Source: Dictyostelium discoideum (Eukaryota). From it: a stretch of DNA of 64,000 nt. A program made the position numbers and the translations under genes. Below the pieces are notes generated by a model that was given only the letters and a program-made list of their open reading frames with translations, made no database searches and was not told where the DNA came from. The first letter of the stretch is position 1. Every line of letters starts with the position of its first letter. Below are positions 38,171 to 51,479 of this stretch, piece after piece. Location: assembly GCA_000004695.1 (NCBI GenBank), contig CM000151.3, positions 8,128,001 through 8,192,000 on the forward strand. Reading direction: 5' to 3'.

Positions 38171-39830
38171 TTTATTATTTTATTATTATTATTATTTTTT
38201 TTTTTTTAATGTTACATGTTAAAAAAAAAAAAAAAAAATTAAAAAAATATAAATAAAAAAATTACTCAAATAAACACACTATAATTCAATGCGATTACCA
38301 TACTTTTAAAAGTATGAGCACAACATTTGAATTTTTTGTGTCGTTAGTTAACCAAAAACATAAATAATTATAAAAATAAAAAATAACATAATGGGTGTGT
38401 GAAAGTGTGTTGAAAGGATTTTTTTTTTTTCTTTTCTTTTTTTTTTTGAGTGAATAGTTAATTCCAACTATAGTATATTAAATAACGTATTGTGGGTTAT
38501 GAGTGTGGGGTGTGGTGTTTTTATACAAATAATTGGGGGGTGCGTTATTTATTTAGATTACAGAATAGTTATGGATATCTTTCAAAATTACTAAACAAAT
38601 AAAATTATTATTTTATAAATTTAATAATAAAAAAAAAAAAAAAAATAAAAATAAAAAAAAACATATACATATATAAATATATAAAATATAAAATATATAT
38701 ATAAATATATTGTACCAGGGGTGGTAGTATTATTTTGTGTTTTGGTTGCATTATCTTTATAAATCATATAATTAAAATAGTGAAAATTTGCGAATGTAAA
38801 TTATGTAATGTGCTTGTTGCCTTGTTTTTACTAAATAATTATTTATAAAATAAATAATTAAAAATAATAAAATACAGAATGAAATAAAGAGAGGGGTCAT
38901 GCAAAAGACAAAACACAAGATAAACGGACTATATAATAAAATAAATAAAATAAATAAAATCATACAAAAATAATTGTGTATAATAAAATATGAATTTTCC
39001 AATTGTTTTTTTCTTTGTAATAAACTGCTAAATTGATTACAATAAAAAATTTAAAAAAAAAAAAATAAAAAAAAAAAAAAATTAATGGGATGTATATTTA
39101 CAATAAGCACAAAATAAAAATAAAAAATAAAAAAATAAAAAAAATACTTTTATATATAATATTAAAAAAAAAAAAAAAAAATTAAAAATAAATAAAAAAA
39201 AAACTTGCAATGATAAAAAAAAAAACTATTTACTTTTTTTTGATTACTTTTTTTTTTATTTTCTAATATAAATTTTTATTTTTGGATATTTTTAAAAAAA
39301 AACAATGACAAAAATTTAAATGAAAGTGCTTAGAAAAGGGAAAATAAAATTAATAAAAAAAAAAAATAGAGATAAAAAAAAAATATAAAAATAAAAAATA
39401 AAAAAATTAAAAATAATAATAAAAAAAAAAAAATGAATGAATGAAATAAAAAAAATAAATGAAAAAAGAAGAATAATTAATTAAAAGATTTAATTTTTTT
39501 ACTTTCTAATTACTTTTTATTTTTTTAATATATAATTAATAATATTGATAAAATTTTACTTTTTTGTACGTATTACAAATAAAATTTTAAATTTTTTTTA
39601 TAAAAAAAAAATAAATTACAAAATGGATAATGTAATGAAAAGAATAATTTTTTAATATAAAAAAAATAAAAATAAAAAAAAAAAATAATAAAAATTAAAA
39701 ATTAAAAAATTAAATAATAATAAAATAAAAATAATAATAATAATAATAATAAAATAAAAATAGAAAAAAAAACACAGAGGAATTATTTCGATTATCGTAA
39801 TTAATTTTGATAAAAAAAACACACTTTGTG

Positions 39831-39861
<31 letters not shown>

Positions 39862-40074
39862 TTTTGATCCTAAATTTAAACACACAAAAAGCACATTAAC
39901 ACACAAACACACTAAAAAAAAAAATTATTTTTATTTTATTTTTATTATTTTTATTAAATCAGTATCCTAAATATGTATGATTCATGTGATTAACTCCATT
40001 AAAGGAATAAAGAGTGAAAAAACATTTTTAGTTTTGTGGGCGAAATGTGTGTGTGTGATTTTCTTTAAAATACT

Positions 40075-40109
<35 letters not shown>

Positions 40110-41010
40110 AAATAATAATAATAAAATAATAAAAAAAATTAAAAGAATTGAAAGTAATTGTACAAACACACAAACACACATGAACAAAAACAAAAAATAA
40201 TTTTTTATCATAATAAGTAATTTTCATTGATTTTAAAAAAATTAATTCCTTACGTTTTTTGGCGATTTAAAAAAATTAAGTCAGTGAAAAATATTAATTA
40301 TTTTAAAAAAAAATAAAAGGAATTATTATTATTATTTAGAAATTAAAATTATTTAATTAAAAAAATTTTTTTTTTTTTTTAAAAATATAAACAATAAAAA
40401 TTAAATATATAATTATTTATATCTTTATTTTTTTTTTTTTATTATTATTGGTTATTTGGATTTTATTTGTTATTATTTTACAAAGATTCTCGATGTTTGA
40501 AGAAAAAAAAAAAAAAATAAAATTTAAAAATAAAATTTTAAATTGTTTTTTCAAAAAAAAAAAAAAATTTAACCTCTTGAAATGTTTGGAAAATTAAAAA
40601 AAATAAAAAAAAATTAAAATTTAAAAAAAAAATTAAAATAAATTGAAATTAAATACTTTCATTGGACAACTTGAATTTTTTATTCACTTTTTAGGAAATA
40701 ATTAAAAAATCTCTGAGAAAAATGTTGAAAAAAAAAAAAAACCACAAACCAAGTCAGTTAGTAAAATCAATATGAAAAAAAGTGTCTTTTGATTATTTTG
40801 AAAAACTTAAGTTTAAAAAAAAAAAAATAATAAAAAAAAAAAAAAATAAAAAATAAAAAATTATAATCGATATTTTTCAGTGTCAGTATTCATCGAGGCA
40901 ACACTTATAAAAATTTCTTTTTTTAATTTCTTTTTTTTTTTTAAATTTAATTAATTTTTAATTAATTTTTATAATTTTTTTTCTTCTCATACAAATACTT
41001 ACTTAATTTA

Positions 41011-41073
<63 letters not shown>

Positions 41074-41745
41074 AAAATTTTTAAAAAAAAAAGTGTCTTT
41101 TCATTTGAAGTTCAGTTACAATATTAAAATAAAAAAAAATTATTCGGAAAGACGTTTTACATGATTAAGTTGTGTTTCATTTGTTAAAATAAATTTTCCC
41201 CACAAAACCCTCTATTTCATCTGCCCCATTATTCACATAATTAATTTTTTTTAACAAAAATATGAGTTGTTGAAATATTTTTATATTATTTCTTAAAATC
41301 TCTAAAATTAATTGAAAAAAAAAAAAAATCATAATTGGACCAATTTTTTACTTGTATATTTAATCGATATTATTAATAATAAAAAAAAAAAAAAAAATCT
41401 TAAAAATAATTTCCATTTATATTAAAAAAAAATAGTTTATAAAATCACTTTATAAATTTAATAATGATACCATTTTTGATCTTTTTGTTTATTATAAAAT
41501 ATACAGTTTTAAATTTTATTAAATTTAATTTTTTTTTTTTTTTTTTTAAAAATAATTAATATGGGCCATATTTAATATTAAAAATGCACCATATTAAATA
41601 TTTAACAACTTTTTTTTTTTTTTTTTTGTTCCCCTTTTTCTTTTTTTTTATTTTATTTTATTTTTTTAAAAAAAAAAAAAAGGGAAAAAATTTGTTCTTT
41701 TTAATTTTTTATCTCTTTTTTTTTTTTTTTTTTTTTTAATGATAA

Positions 41746-42132
41746 TTAAAATTTACTTGATACACAGATTGTTACACCAGCAAGAACAAATATCATACCA
41801 AGATAAGATTTAAAATGTAATACTTTTTCACCTAAAAGCATACCCATTAATGAAGTAAATAGAAAGGTAAGGGAATTTGAGATTGGAACAACTAATGAAA
41901 TATCAACTTTACTAAGTGTATAAAAGAAAACCACTGAACCACTTAAATTGATCAACATTGGAATCGTATAACTTGGTCTAGTCCATAAATAAACAAATTC
42001 ATAAATAATTTGTGATAGGAAATTATCTTTTTTGACTTTTGAAACACCTTCACTTCCTCTTTTAATTAATGGATTTGTACCACCCCAAATAAATCCAACT
42101 AATAATAAACTAATAATATTGTAAGTATCCAT
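41746..42132 (-). CDS. TMEM234-family small multi-pass membrane protein
   Basis: 128-aa ORF MDTYNIISLLLVGFIWGGTNPLIKRGSEG.... The N-terminal LLVGFIWGGTNPLIKRGS matches the TMEM234 signature (ALWGGTQPLLKRAS). It has four predicted TM segments. Confidence 0.6.
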   Translation of the reverse strand: MDTYNIISLLLVGFIWGGTNPLIKRGSEGVSKVKKDNFLSQIIYEFVYLWTRPSYTIPMLINLSGSVVFFYTLSKVDISLVVPISNSLTFLFTSLMGMLLGEKVLHFKSYLGMIFVLAGVTICVSSKF

Positions 42133-42218
42133 TACTTTTTTAATTAAAATATGTTTGTGATTTGTTGGAAAAATAAAAATAAAAATAAAAATTTAAAAAA
42201 AAAAAAAAAAAAAAAACC

Positions 42219-42250
<32 letters not shown>

Positions 42251-42343
42251 TTTCGTTCGTTTTTTTTATTTTTTATTTTATTATTTTTTTTTTTGGTTTG
42301 TTTGTTATTATTATTAATATTAATAAATAATTTATTTTAAAAA

Positions 42344-43360
42344 ATGCAATTAGTGGATTGGTTATCAAGTCATGCTAAAGTTGAAGATATTAATAAAGAA
42401 AGATTTGGACTTGAATTAAAGAATGATCAAGAAATAAAAGAATGGAATAATGATATTGAAAATAGATATAAAAAGAATCAAGGTGATTTAAATGCAAAAG
42501 CATTAGATGCTTGTAGTAAAAGATTGGGTATACCATCAAGCTATATAAATAATAGAGTATTATGTGAAGCAATCAATTATTTCATTTCAGAGGGTGATAC
42601 AGATAAAGCAGATATTTTATTTGCTAAAGCAATTGGAAATGGTTCAGCTGAGGCTATTTACTTATTATCATTATTGCATACACAATCGAATGGAAACATT
42701 GAAGAATCTTTAGACTTGTATGAACAAGTTTCATCGCTACCCCCATTCATTACATTATCAGATGGTGTCACCACCATACCAAATGCCAGAGTCACCGATT
42801 CGTTATATCTCACTGCATCATTTTATTTCAATGGTATCGGCAAGGAAAGAGATTTACCAAAAGCAATCGAATTCTACAATAAAGGTATCGAATTGAAAAA
42901 TGAAAAATGTATTCGTGATTTAGGTTTACTCTATATCGAAGGTGTGGGTGTTGAAAAAGATATTGAAAAAGGACTTGACCTCTTAAAGAGTGCTTCTGAA
43001 TTGGGTGACCCTGTATCTAAATTCAATTATGGTATGTTATTATTCAATGATTCCCCAATCGAAGGTTTTAAATATATGCAAGAAGCTGCTGATTTAGGTG
43101 TTGAAGAAGCTCAAAATAAAGTTAAATTTTATAAACCAACAATTGAAAAAATCTTATTACAACCAAATATTGAAGAAGAATTATTAGAAAATCAAAAAAG
43201 AAATAATAAAAACAATAAAAATAACAATAATAATAATAATAAAAATAATAATAATAAAAATAAAAACAAATCATCTTCAAATAAAGAATCTGAAACACCA
43301 AAAAATATAATTGAAAAACCAAAGAATAAAATTATTGATGATTGTGATAATGTTGATTAA
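42344..43360 (+). CDS. Sel1-like (TPR-like) repeat protein, 338 aa, with a basic N/K-rich tail
   Basis: Repeated Sel1-type units: SAEAIYLLSLLHTQ..G, DSLYLTASFYFNGIGKERDLPKAIEFYNKGIEL, KCIRDLGLLYIEGVGVEKDIEKGLDLLKSASELGD, VSKFNYGMLLFN...GFKYMQEAADLG. Confidence 0.65.
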   Translation: MQLVDWLSSHAKVEDINKERFGLELKNDQEIKEWNNDIENRYKKNQGDLNAKALDACSKRLGIPSSYINNRVLCEAINYFISEGDTDKADILFAKAIGNGSAEAIYLLSLLHTQSNGNIEESLDLYEQVSSLPPFITLSDGVTTIPNARVTDSLYLTASFYFNGIGKERDLPKAIEFYNKGIELKNEKCIRDLGLLYIEGVGVEKDIEKGLDLLKSASELGDPVSKFNYGMLLFNDSPIEGFKYMQEAADLGVEEAQNKVKFYKPTIEKILLQPNIEEELLENQKRNNKNNKNNNNNNNKNNNNKNKNKSSSNKESETPKNIIEKPKNKIIDDCDNVD

Positions 43361-43699
43361 AATTAAATAAAATAAATAAAACTTGAACTAAAAATTGAAA
43401 AAAAAAAAAAAAAAAAAAAAAAAAAGAATTTTAAATGCAAATTAATTATAAATAGAATTTATTTTTTTTTTTTTATTTTTATTTTTTATTTTCACTAAAT
43501 TTAGTGAAAATAATACCATCTATTTTTTTTTTTTATTTTTTTTTTATAAAAAATTAAAAAATAAAAAATAAATAAAAAATAAACAAAAAAAACAAAGTGT
43601 GTGCTTTTTTTTTTTTTTTTTTTTTTTTTTATTATTTTATTGCATTTATTATTTTATTATTTTCACATATAAACAATAAAAAAAAAAAAAAATCTCAAA

Positions 43700-44128
43700 A
43701 TGACAATTTTAAAAGGGAATCCAATAAATGAAAAAATAATAAACAATCAATATAAAATAAAAAATTTAATTAGTGAAGAACAAGAAGAAAATTATTCAAA
43801 TTATAATATAAATAATATTAAAAATAATGATAACGATAATAATAATATAATAAATACAACACCAATTATAAAAACTAGATGTAAAATTTGTTGGATTAAA
43901 TATGTAAATAATGAATTAATAAAAATGGGTGAATGTAATCATCAAATGTGTAAACATTGTTCAATTAAAACATTTGAAATGGATATTGAAAGAAATAAAA
44001 AAATTGAATGTATATGGTGTGGCAATAAAATTGATGAACCTTTAATTTCTGATTTATTGGGTATAGATTATAAATTATACTTGGAAAATAAAAAGAATGG
44101 TAATAATAATCCTAATAATAATAATAAC

Positions 44129-44186
<58 letters not shown>

Positions 44187-44988
44187 TATTTTATAGTTTT
44201 TTATCAAATAATGGTAAATCATCAAATTTAATTAATATTTATTGGGAATGTCCATCATGTCAAGATAAAACATTAATTTTAAATCAAAATGAAGAAAAAA
44301 AAGTTTTATGCAAAACTTGTAACTATATTTTTTGTTTCTCTTGTAATGAATCTCATAATAACAATCAAACATGTGAAGAATATTTAAAAAAGGATGAATC
44401 AAGTTTAAAAACTTTTATTTGGAAACAATCAAATACAAAAAGATGTCCAAATTGTTTTGTATTTATTGGTAATTATTATTATTTTTTTTATTATTTTAAT
44501 TTTGATAAATTATTTTTTTATTTTTATTTTTGTTTTTTTATATTTTCCAAAAAAAAAAATTAAATAAAATAAAATAATAATAATAATTATAATAATAATT
44601 TAATTTTTTATTTTATTTTATATAAATAATTTATTTTTTATATTTATTAATGATTTTTTTTTTTTAAAAAAATTAAATTTTGTTTTTTTTTTTAATAAAT
44701 TCAAAGAAAAAAGAGGTGGCTGTTCATTTATGAGATGTGCAAAATGTAAATATGAATTTTGTTTTGAATGTTTATCTGTATATGTACGTATTCAAATAAA
44801 AAAATATATTTTCTAAAAAAAAAAAATGTCGACACATTTATCAATTTACTAATTAATTGATTTAATTTTATTAGAAAAAATTCCATCAATGTGATAATAG
44901 CGAAATGATATTTAAGGTAATTTTTATGATCTGTGCTTTGATTGGTTCAATATATATTGTATATTTATTAAAAAAAGTTAACACTTAA
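43700..44988 (+). CDS. RBR-type (RING1-IBR-RING2) E3 ubiquitin ligase; exons 43700..44468, 44707..44783 and about 44875..44988 (last exon uncertain)
   Basis: RING1 is CKICWIKYVNNELIKMGECNHQMCKHCSIK...CIWCGNKI. The IBR is WECPSCQDKTLILNQNEEKKVLCKTCNYIFCFSCNESHNNNQTCEEY. RING2 spans the GTAATT...AG intron (phase 1): CPNCFVFI | EKRGGCSFMRCAKCKYEFCFECLSVY, then a GTACGT donor. A short terminal exon KKFHQCDNSEMIFK... has a hydrophobic end. An alternative donor at aag|gtaatt (about 44917) cannot be excluded. Confidence 0.6.
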
Positions 44989-45754
44989 AATTTTAAATGT
45001 GTGGGGTTTTATTCCAATAAAAATAAAATATAAAAAAAAAAATAAAAAAAAAGATAAAAATTATAAAATCGAGCAAATTATATTTATTTTATTTTTATTT
45101 TTATTTTTTTATTTTTATTTTTATTTTTTAATTTATACAAATTCTAATTTAAATTTATATCATATATAAATTTCAAAGTTTATTTATCATCTTACAAATA
45201 ACCACTATTTCAAAAACCCACGTCTATTATCCTTTAATTAATATATTAATTAAATACAAATTTAGTAAGTGTTGATATAATATTATTTTAAAATTATTAA
45301 ATCATAAAAGTTTTACTTGTAAAAATAAAATTATTTGAAAGCATACACATATAAAAAAAAATAAAAAAAACAACACACACACATATTTAAAATATTTTAA
45401 AATTTTAAAAATAAAATAAAATATAAAAAAAAAAAAACCCGTCATATATGATGGTGATAAAAAGGAGATATTATAATTATACACATTATAATAATACTAA
45501 TCACAACAATTTGAGTTCAACAACACATAAAAGATCCAAAATTAAAAAAATAATAATAAAAAAAAAAAAAAACTAAAAAAAAAAAAAAAAAAAATTGGAT
45601 TTGGGTTACACAACATTTGGATATTAATAGTGTTTTCAACTTTAAATCATAATCTTTGTAATCTCTGAAATGTTTTTTTTTTTTTTTTTTTCAATATTTT
45701 CCAATCACTCTAAAAAAAAATGCCGTGTAAATTTGTCAATTCACTAAAAAGATC

Positions 45755-45791
<37 letters not shown>

Positions 45792-46185
45792 TTCAAAAAA
45801 AAACATTTGAAACTTATATCGACACATGTATGTGTAGGTTATTTTTATTTTTTTTTTTATTTTATTATTTTTTTTGTTTTTTTTTTTTTTTTTTCCATCA
45901 ATTTTTTATGGCTGTGGTGGTGTGAGTAAGAAGAGAGAGTGTGTGTGTGAAAATGACATTATAAAATCAAATTGGGGGTTTGCAAAAATAATTATAACTA
46001 TACCCACCCCACCCAAACTTTTATTTTATTTTATTTTTTTATTATTTTTTTAAAAAATTAAATCATGAATGATGAGTTTTGTGTTTTTTTTTTTTTTTTT
46101 GAAATGTGTTTTCATTGATAGTAAATCATATAGTAATATAAAAACACAACTCATTTTTTTTTATTTTTTTAATTTTTTTAATTAT

Positions 46186-46236
46186 ATTTTATTTTATTTT
46201 ATTTTATTTTATTTTATTTTATTTTATTTTATTTTT

Positions 46237-46245
<9 letters not shown>
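46186..46245. repeat. (ATTTT)n pentanucleotide microsatellite, about 12 units, intergenic
   Basis: attttattttattttattttattttattttattttattttatttttcc. Confidence 0.8.
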
Positions 46246-46269
<24 letters not shown>

Positions 46270-46702
46270 ATATAAAAAAAAAAAAAAGTGAAAATAAAAA
46301 ATAAAAATAAATTTAAAAATCTTGTACTATAAATAATTTGTAAAAAAAAAAAAAAAAATTGTAAAAATAAACAAAAAAAAAAAAATTAAAAAAAAAAGGG
46401 TTGCCCATTACTCATCATACTATCATTTAAATCAAAATTTTTTTAGAAAAAAAAAAAAAAAAAAAAAATAAAAAAATAAAATTAAAAAAAAATAAAATAA
46501 AAAAATTTAAATTAAAAATTTTTTTTTTTTTTTTTTTCAATCACAAACCATTTCACTACAAACATCTAACGCTCTTGAAGCAATCAAAATAATTTTTTAA
46601 ATATAAAATCAAACATATCAGTTTACGGTTACATCAACAAATCTTTTTTTTTTTTTTTTTTTCTCATTTTTTATTTTTTTTTAATATTATCTATATATAT
46701 AT

Positions 46703-46739
<37 letters not shown>

Positions 46740-46972
46740 ATAACAATAATAATAATAACAATAATAATAATAATTTATTTTTTTTATTTAAATCATTCAA
46801 TAATTTTTATTCTGTAAATTGTAGTATTTTTATTTTTTTTTTTTTTTATATATCTTATCTTTTTAAAGAAATTTTTTTATTAATATTATTTATTAAAAAA
46901 AAAAAAAAAAACAAAACAAAAAACAATTGTATTTTTATTTTTTAATTATTATAACTTCGACCTTTTTTTTTT

Positions 46973-47016
<44 letters not shown>

Positions 47017-47754
47017 ATTTATTTAATTTTTTAAAACTAGGTAGTGTTTTTTTTTTTTTTTAAAAAAAAAATTTTAAAAAAAAAAAAATTTCTTTTTTTT
47101 TTTTTTTGTCAAAATACACACTCAATAAGCAACAATACCATTTATAATAATACATTTCAACATCTCAAATTTTCACTTTTTTTTATTTAGTTAATAAATA
47201 TTATTATTTTTTATTATTATTGTTTTTTCCTTTTTCTTTTTTTTTTTTTTCTTTTTTTTTTTTTTAAATTTTTTTGTCATATTTAAACCTGTGCATCATT
47301 TATTTAAATTAATCAACTACCAAAAAGTCATAGTTTTGTTAACAAAAACAGACAAAATTCTATAAATCAAAAACAGGTAATTGGTTAACCCACCTTCTTT
47401 TTTAAGATTAATTTACAATAAATCAAAAATATACAAAAAAAAAAAATAAAAAAAAAAATTTAATTTAAAAAAAAAAAAAAAAAAAACAATATTAGTTTAC
47501 AAAAAAAAAAAAAAAAAAAAAAAATCAATAACCAACTCTCGCATTATTTTTCATTCACTATATAAATCAACAATAAATAATAATAATAATAATTAATTTT
47601 TTTTTTTGTACATAAATATAAATAAATAAATAAATAAATAAATAATTAAATAAAAAAAACTAAAAACTATAAAAAAAAAAAAAAAAAAAAGAAAAACAAC
47701 CAATCAAATAAAACAACAATAAGGAGGAGATTGTATTCTCAACGAATTTAAAGA

Positions 47755-47928
47755 ATGAATCATCAATATATACCATCTCCAATTTATAGCGACCAAAACT
47801 CTGGTGTACACAATGTAAATAAAAGTCTTCACAATTTAAATATAAATAACGGGAATAACAATTATAATTATAGCAATAATAATTATAATAATAATATAAA
47901 TAATAATAATAATATAAATAATAATATA

Positions 47929-47971
<43 letters not shown>

Positions 47972-48112
47972 TAAATCAATATCATCAAAATCACTATGAT
48001 CAATATAGTGATAACAATTGTAACAATAGTAATAGTAATAATATAAATAATAATAATAATATAAATAATAATATAAATAATAATAATATAAATAATAATA
48101 ATAATAATATAA

Positions 48113-48162
<50 letters not shown>

Positions 48163-48710
48163 TTGTTAAAGATACCTCAATTAAATATTTCACCAAATGG
48201 CGTTGGTGGTGGTAATGGAATATCAAATGGTAATGGTGTAAATAAAATATTTTCAAAGTTGGATTTATCAAAAGTACCAAACTCTTATCAGTTGGCACAT
48301 AATAGTTCAATGCCAAATTCACCAACCTCTTCCAATATATCACCATCAACACCAACTTCAATGGCTTTAAATTTGTCATCATTAAAATCGATTTTAGATT
48401 CTCCACCAGCAGCTCCTGCTCATTCAGCTTCTTCATCTCATAATAATGATCATCGTACTTTAAATATAAATGGAAATCATCATAATAATAATAATAATAT
48501 AAATAATAATATAAATAATAATGTAAATAATAATATAAACAATGGTAATGGTAATGGTAATGGTAATGGTAATAATAATAATAATAATAATATAGGTGTT
48601 AATGGTAGTGGTAGTAGTAATAGCTCATCACCATCGATTGGGTTTAGTATACCTTTATTACAATTGAAACAGATTGGTATTAATAATCAAACTTCACCAT
48701 CACAACAATC

Positions 48711-48748
<38 letters not shown>

Positions 48749-49162
48749 CTCAACATAATGGTATACCGTTAATTAATACAACTGAAATTCATCAAAGATC
48801 AAATCCATCAAGTGCAACCAATTCACCACGTGCTTTATATTATGGTAATGAATCATCTGTTGAGAATTCACCATTTACAACACCACTTTCATCACCACGT
48901 GGTCCAATTTCACCAAGAGCAACAATTAATTCATCAATGTCAAATTTACAATCAAATATTAGAGTTGAAGAACAATGGAAAAAGATTGAATACTATGTCA
49001 ATGATTTAAGTCATTTCATCTATGAATCAATTCGTAATAAAGATTATTCAAATTTATCAGAACTAAAAGAAAAAATTGATGAAGTTGTTAATACTTCAAA
49101 AGAAATTGAAATTATTCATAGTATTGCTAAATCGTATGTTGTTGTTATTTATTTTTATAATT

Positions 49163-49240
<78 letters not shown>

Positions 49241-49761
49241 TATTTATTTATTTATTTATTTTAATATAGATTACCACCACAAACAAGAGCAAGAAAGAAG
49301 AGATCAACCAAAGCAGAAAAATTACAAAAAGATCTTATTGGTATTAAAAGATCATATGTAACTACTCCAAAGAGTAAAGGAACTTATTGTATATTCTGTG
49401 GTACTATGGAAACTCCAGAATGGAGAAAAGGTCCAGGTGGCCATAAAACGTATGTATTTAATTAATTGTTTTATTTTTTTTTTATTTTTATTTTTAAATT
49501 TAAATTTATTAACAATATCAATTTTTATTTATTTATTTTCTAAAAAAAAAAAATAGATTATGTAATGCATGTGGTTTACATTATGCTAAAAATATTAAAA
49601 AAGAGAATCAAAATAATGGTGGTTCTCCAAATCCTCAACAAAACAATGTAACTACAACAACAACTACCACCACTTCAACATCTACCAATTCACCAAATTC
49701 AAATGGAAATAACTTTTCTCCTGAAAGTGCAATGAGTGTTTCAAAATTAATTAGCGATTAA
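47755..49761 (+). CDS. GATA-type zinc-finger transcription factor with a very long poly-Asn/Gln N-terminal region; three exons, 47755..49133, 49270..49449 and about 49556..49761
   Basis: Exon 1 (about 459 codons, N/Q/S-rich) ends ...IHSIAKS at GTATGT in phase 2. Exon 2 ([60 protein letters not shown]) ends at GTATGT. Exon 3 ([18 protein letters not shown]...SKLISD*) completes a C-x2-C-x18-C-x2-C GATA finger. With the sequence as given, the exon 2/3 junction is off by one nucleotide in phase (see findings). Confidence 0.65.
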
Positions 49762-50400
49762 CTTTCTTTCCAACCCTTTCACCATTATTATCATCATCAT
49801 CATCAATCATTGTATCATCCAATATATATATATATATATAAAAATAATACATATATATATATATATAAAATATACTTTTTTTTTTTTTCAATTTTATTCT
49901 CTCCTAAATAAAAAGAAAAAGAAAAATAAATAAAAATAAAAATATGCATCTTAATAAATACCTAAACCCCTTTTTTTTTTTTTTACCAAAATAAAATTTA
50001 TAATAATAATCCTAATAGTCCTATATTATAATCCTAATAAAAATAATAAAAAAAATAGAATAAAAGTTTATTTGTTAGTGACTGTATTTTCAATTTTAAA
50101 AAGGTTTTTAAATTAATTGGATTTGGAAAATAAAAATAAATTGAGATTTGGGTAGTCAAATTTGCTATGTTAAAGAAAAAAAAAAATACAAAATTAAAAT
50201 AGTCTTAAAGAATCCTATATTTTTTAAAAAACAATTCTTTTTACCAGAGCCATATTTTCATTCCGAAAGATGAAAAAAAAAAATCTAAATTCTAAAAATG
50301 TAACAATTTTCGGACCTTAACACAAAATATTTTTCAAATTCGGAAATTTTCAAATAAAAATTTTTATTTTTTGCGAGTTGTTCTCAATATTGAATGAAAC

Positions 50401-50434
<34 letters not shown>

Positions 50435-50926
50435 AAAAATAAAAAAAAAAAAGAACTGTTCAAATGTATTTTTTTTTTTAGTTTTTAAATATTGCCATTA
50501 TTTTTTTTTTTTTTTTTTTTATTTATTTTATTTATTTATTTTTTTTTTTTTTTTTTTTTTTTTCAAAAACAATGAAACAAAATCAAAATTACGAAAATTA
50601 AAAGAATTTTCGATACTTTTATTGCATCATGTATGTTCCAGAAAACGATTATTGAATAGAACGAGAGTTGATTTTTTAATTTATCTTGTCAATGCCACAT
50701 TGCATTTTTTTATTATTATAAATGTGGTGCGATCCTTTCGAAACTGAAATTTATTGAGCAATCGTAATGAATTAATTTAATTTGTAATGAAAAAGGTTTT
50801 TTTAAAAAAAATTAAAAGAACAGATCTATATTAATTTGCGAGTTATCCGTTCAATTATTTTTTTTTTTTTTTTAACCAGTTTTTGTGAATCCTATACCAA
50901 AAAAAAAAAAAAATAAAATAAAAACA

Positions 50927-50928
<2 letters not shown>

Positions 50929-50998
<70 letters not shown>
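50929..50998. repeat. (AAT)n microsatellite, intergenic between the two GATA genes
   Basis: aataataataataataata... about 23 units. Confidence 0.8.
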
Positions 50999-51000
<2 letters not shown>

Positions 51001-51156
51001 TAAAAAAAATAATAATAATAATAATTTAATAAAATAATAATAATAATAAAAAAAATAAAAAAAATTAATAAATTCCTTATATTAAAAAAAAAAATTAATT
51101 AATTTTATTATTTTTTTTTTTTTTTTTTTGATTCGAATCGAGGTGTCAAATCTTTT

Positions 51157-51209
<53 letters not shown>

Positions 51210-51446
51210 CCCCAAACCACCGTTCACCAAATTTATAAAAATAACCACTGCTTATAATAAAACTAAAAAAGATTTTTTTATTGGATATGAAATAATATCA
51301 AAGGTGTCACAAAACCAATTTTTTTTTTTTTTTTTTTTTTTTATTTATTTATTTATTTTTTAATGATTACCAATTTTTTTTTCTTTTTTTTTTTTTTTTT
51401 CTTTTTTTTTTTTCCAAACTTTTTTTTTATAAAATAAAATTAAAAA

Positions 51447-51479
<33 letters not shown>

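Noticed and set aside
47660-48436. 258-aa poly-Tyr minus-strand ORF
   Set aside because: It is the antisense reading of the (AAT/ATA)n-rich first exon of the GATA gene.
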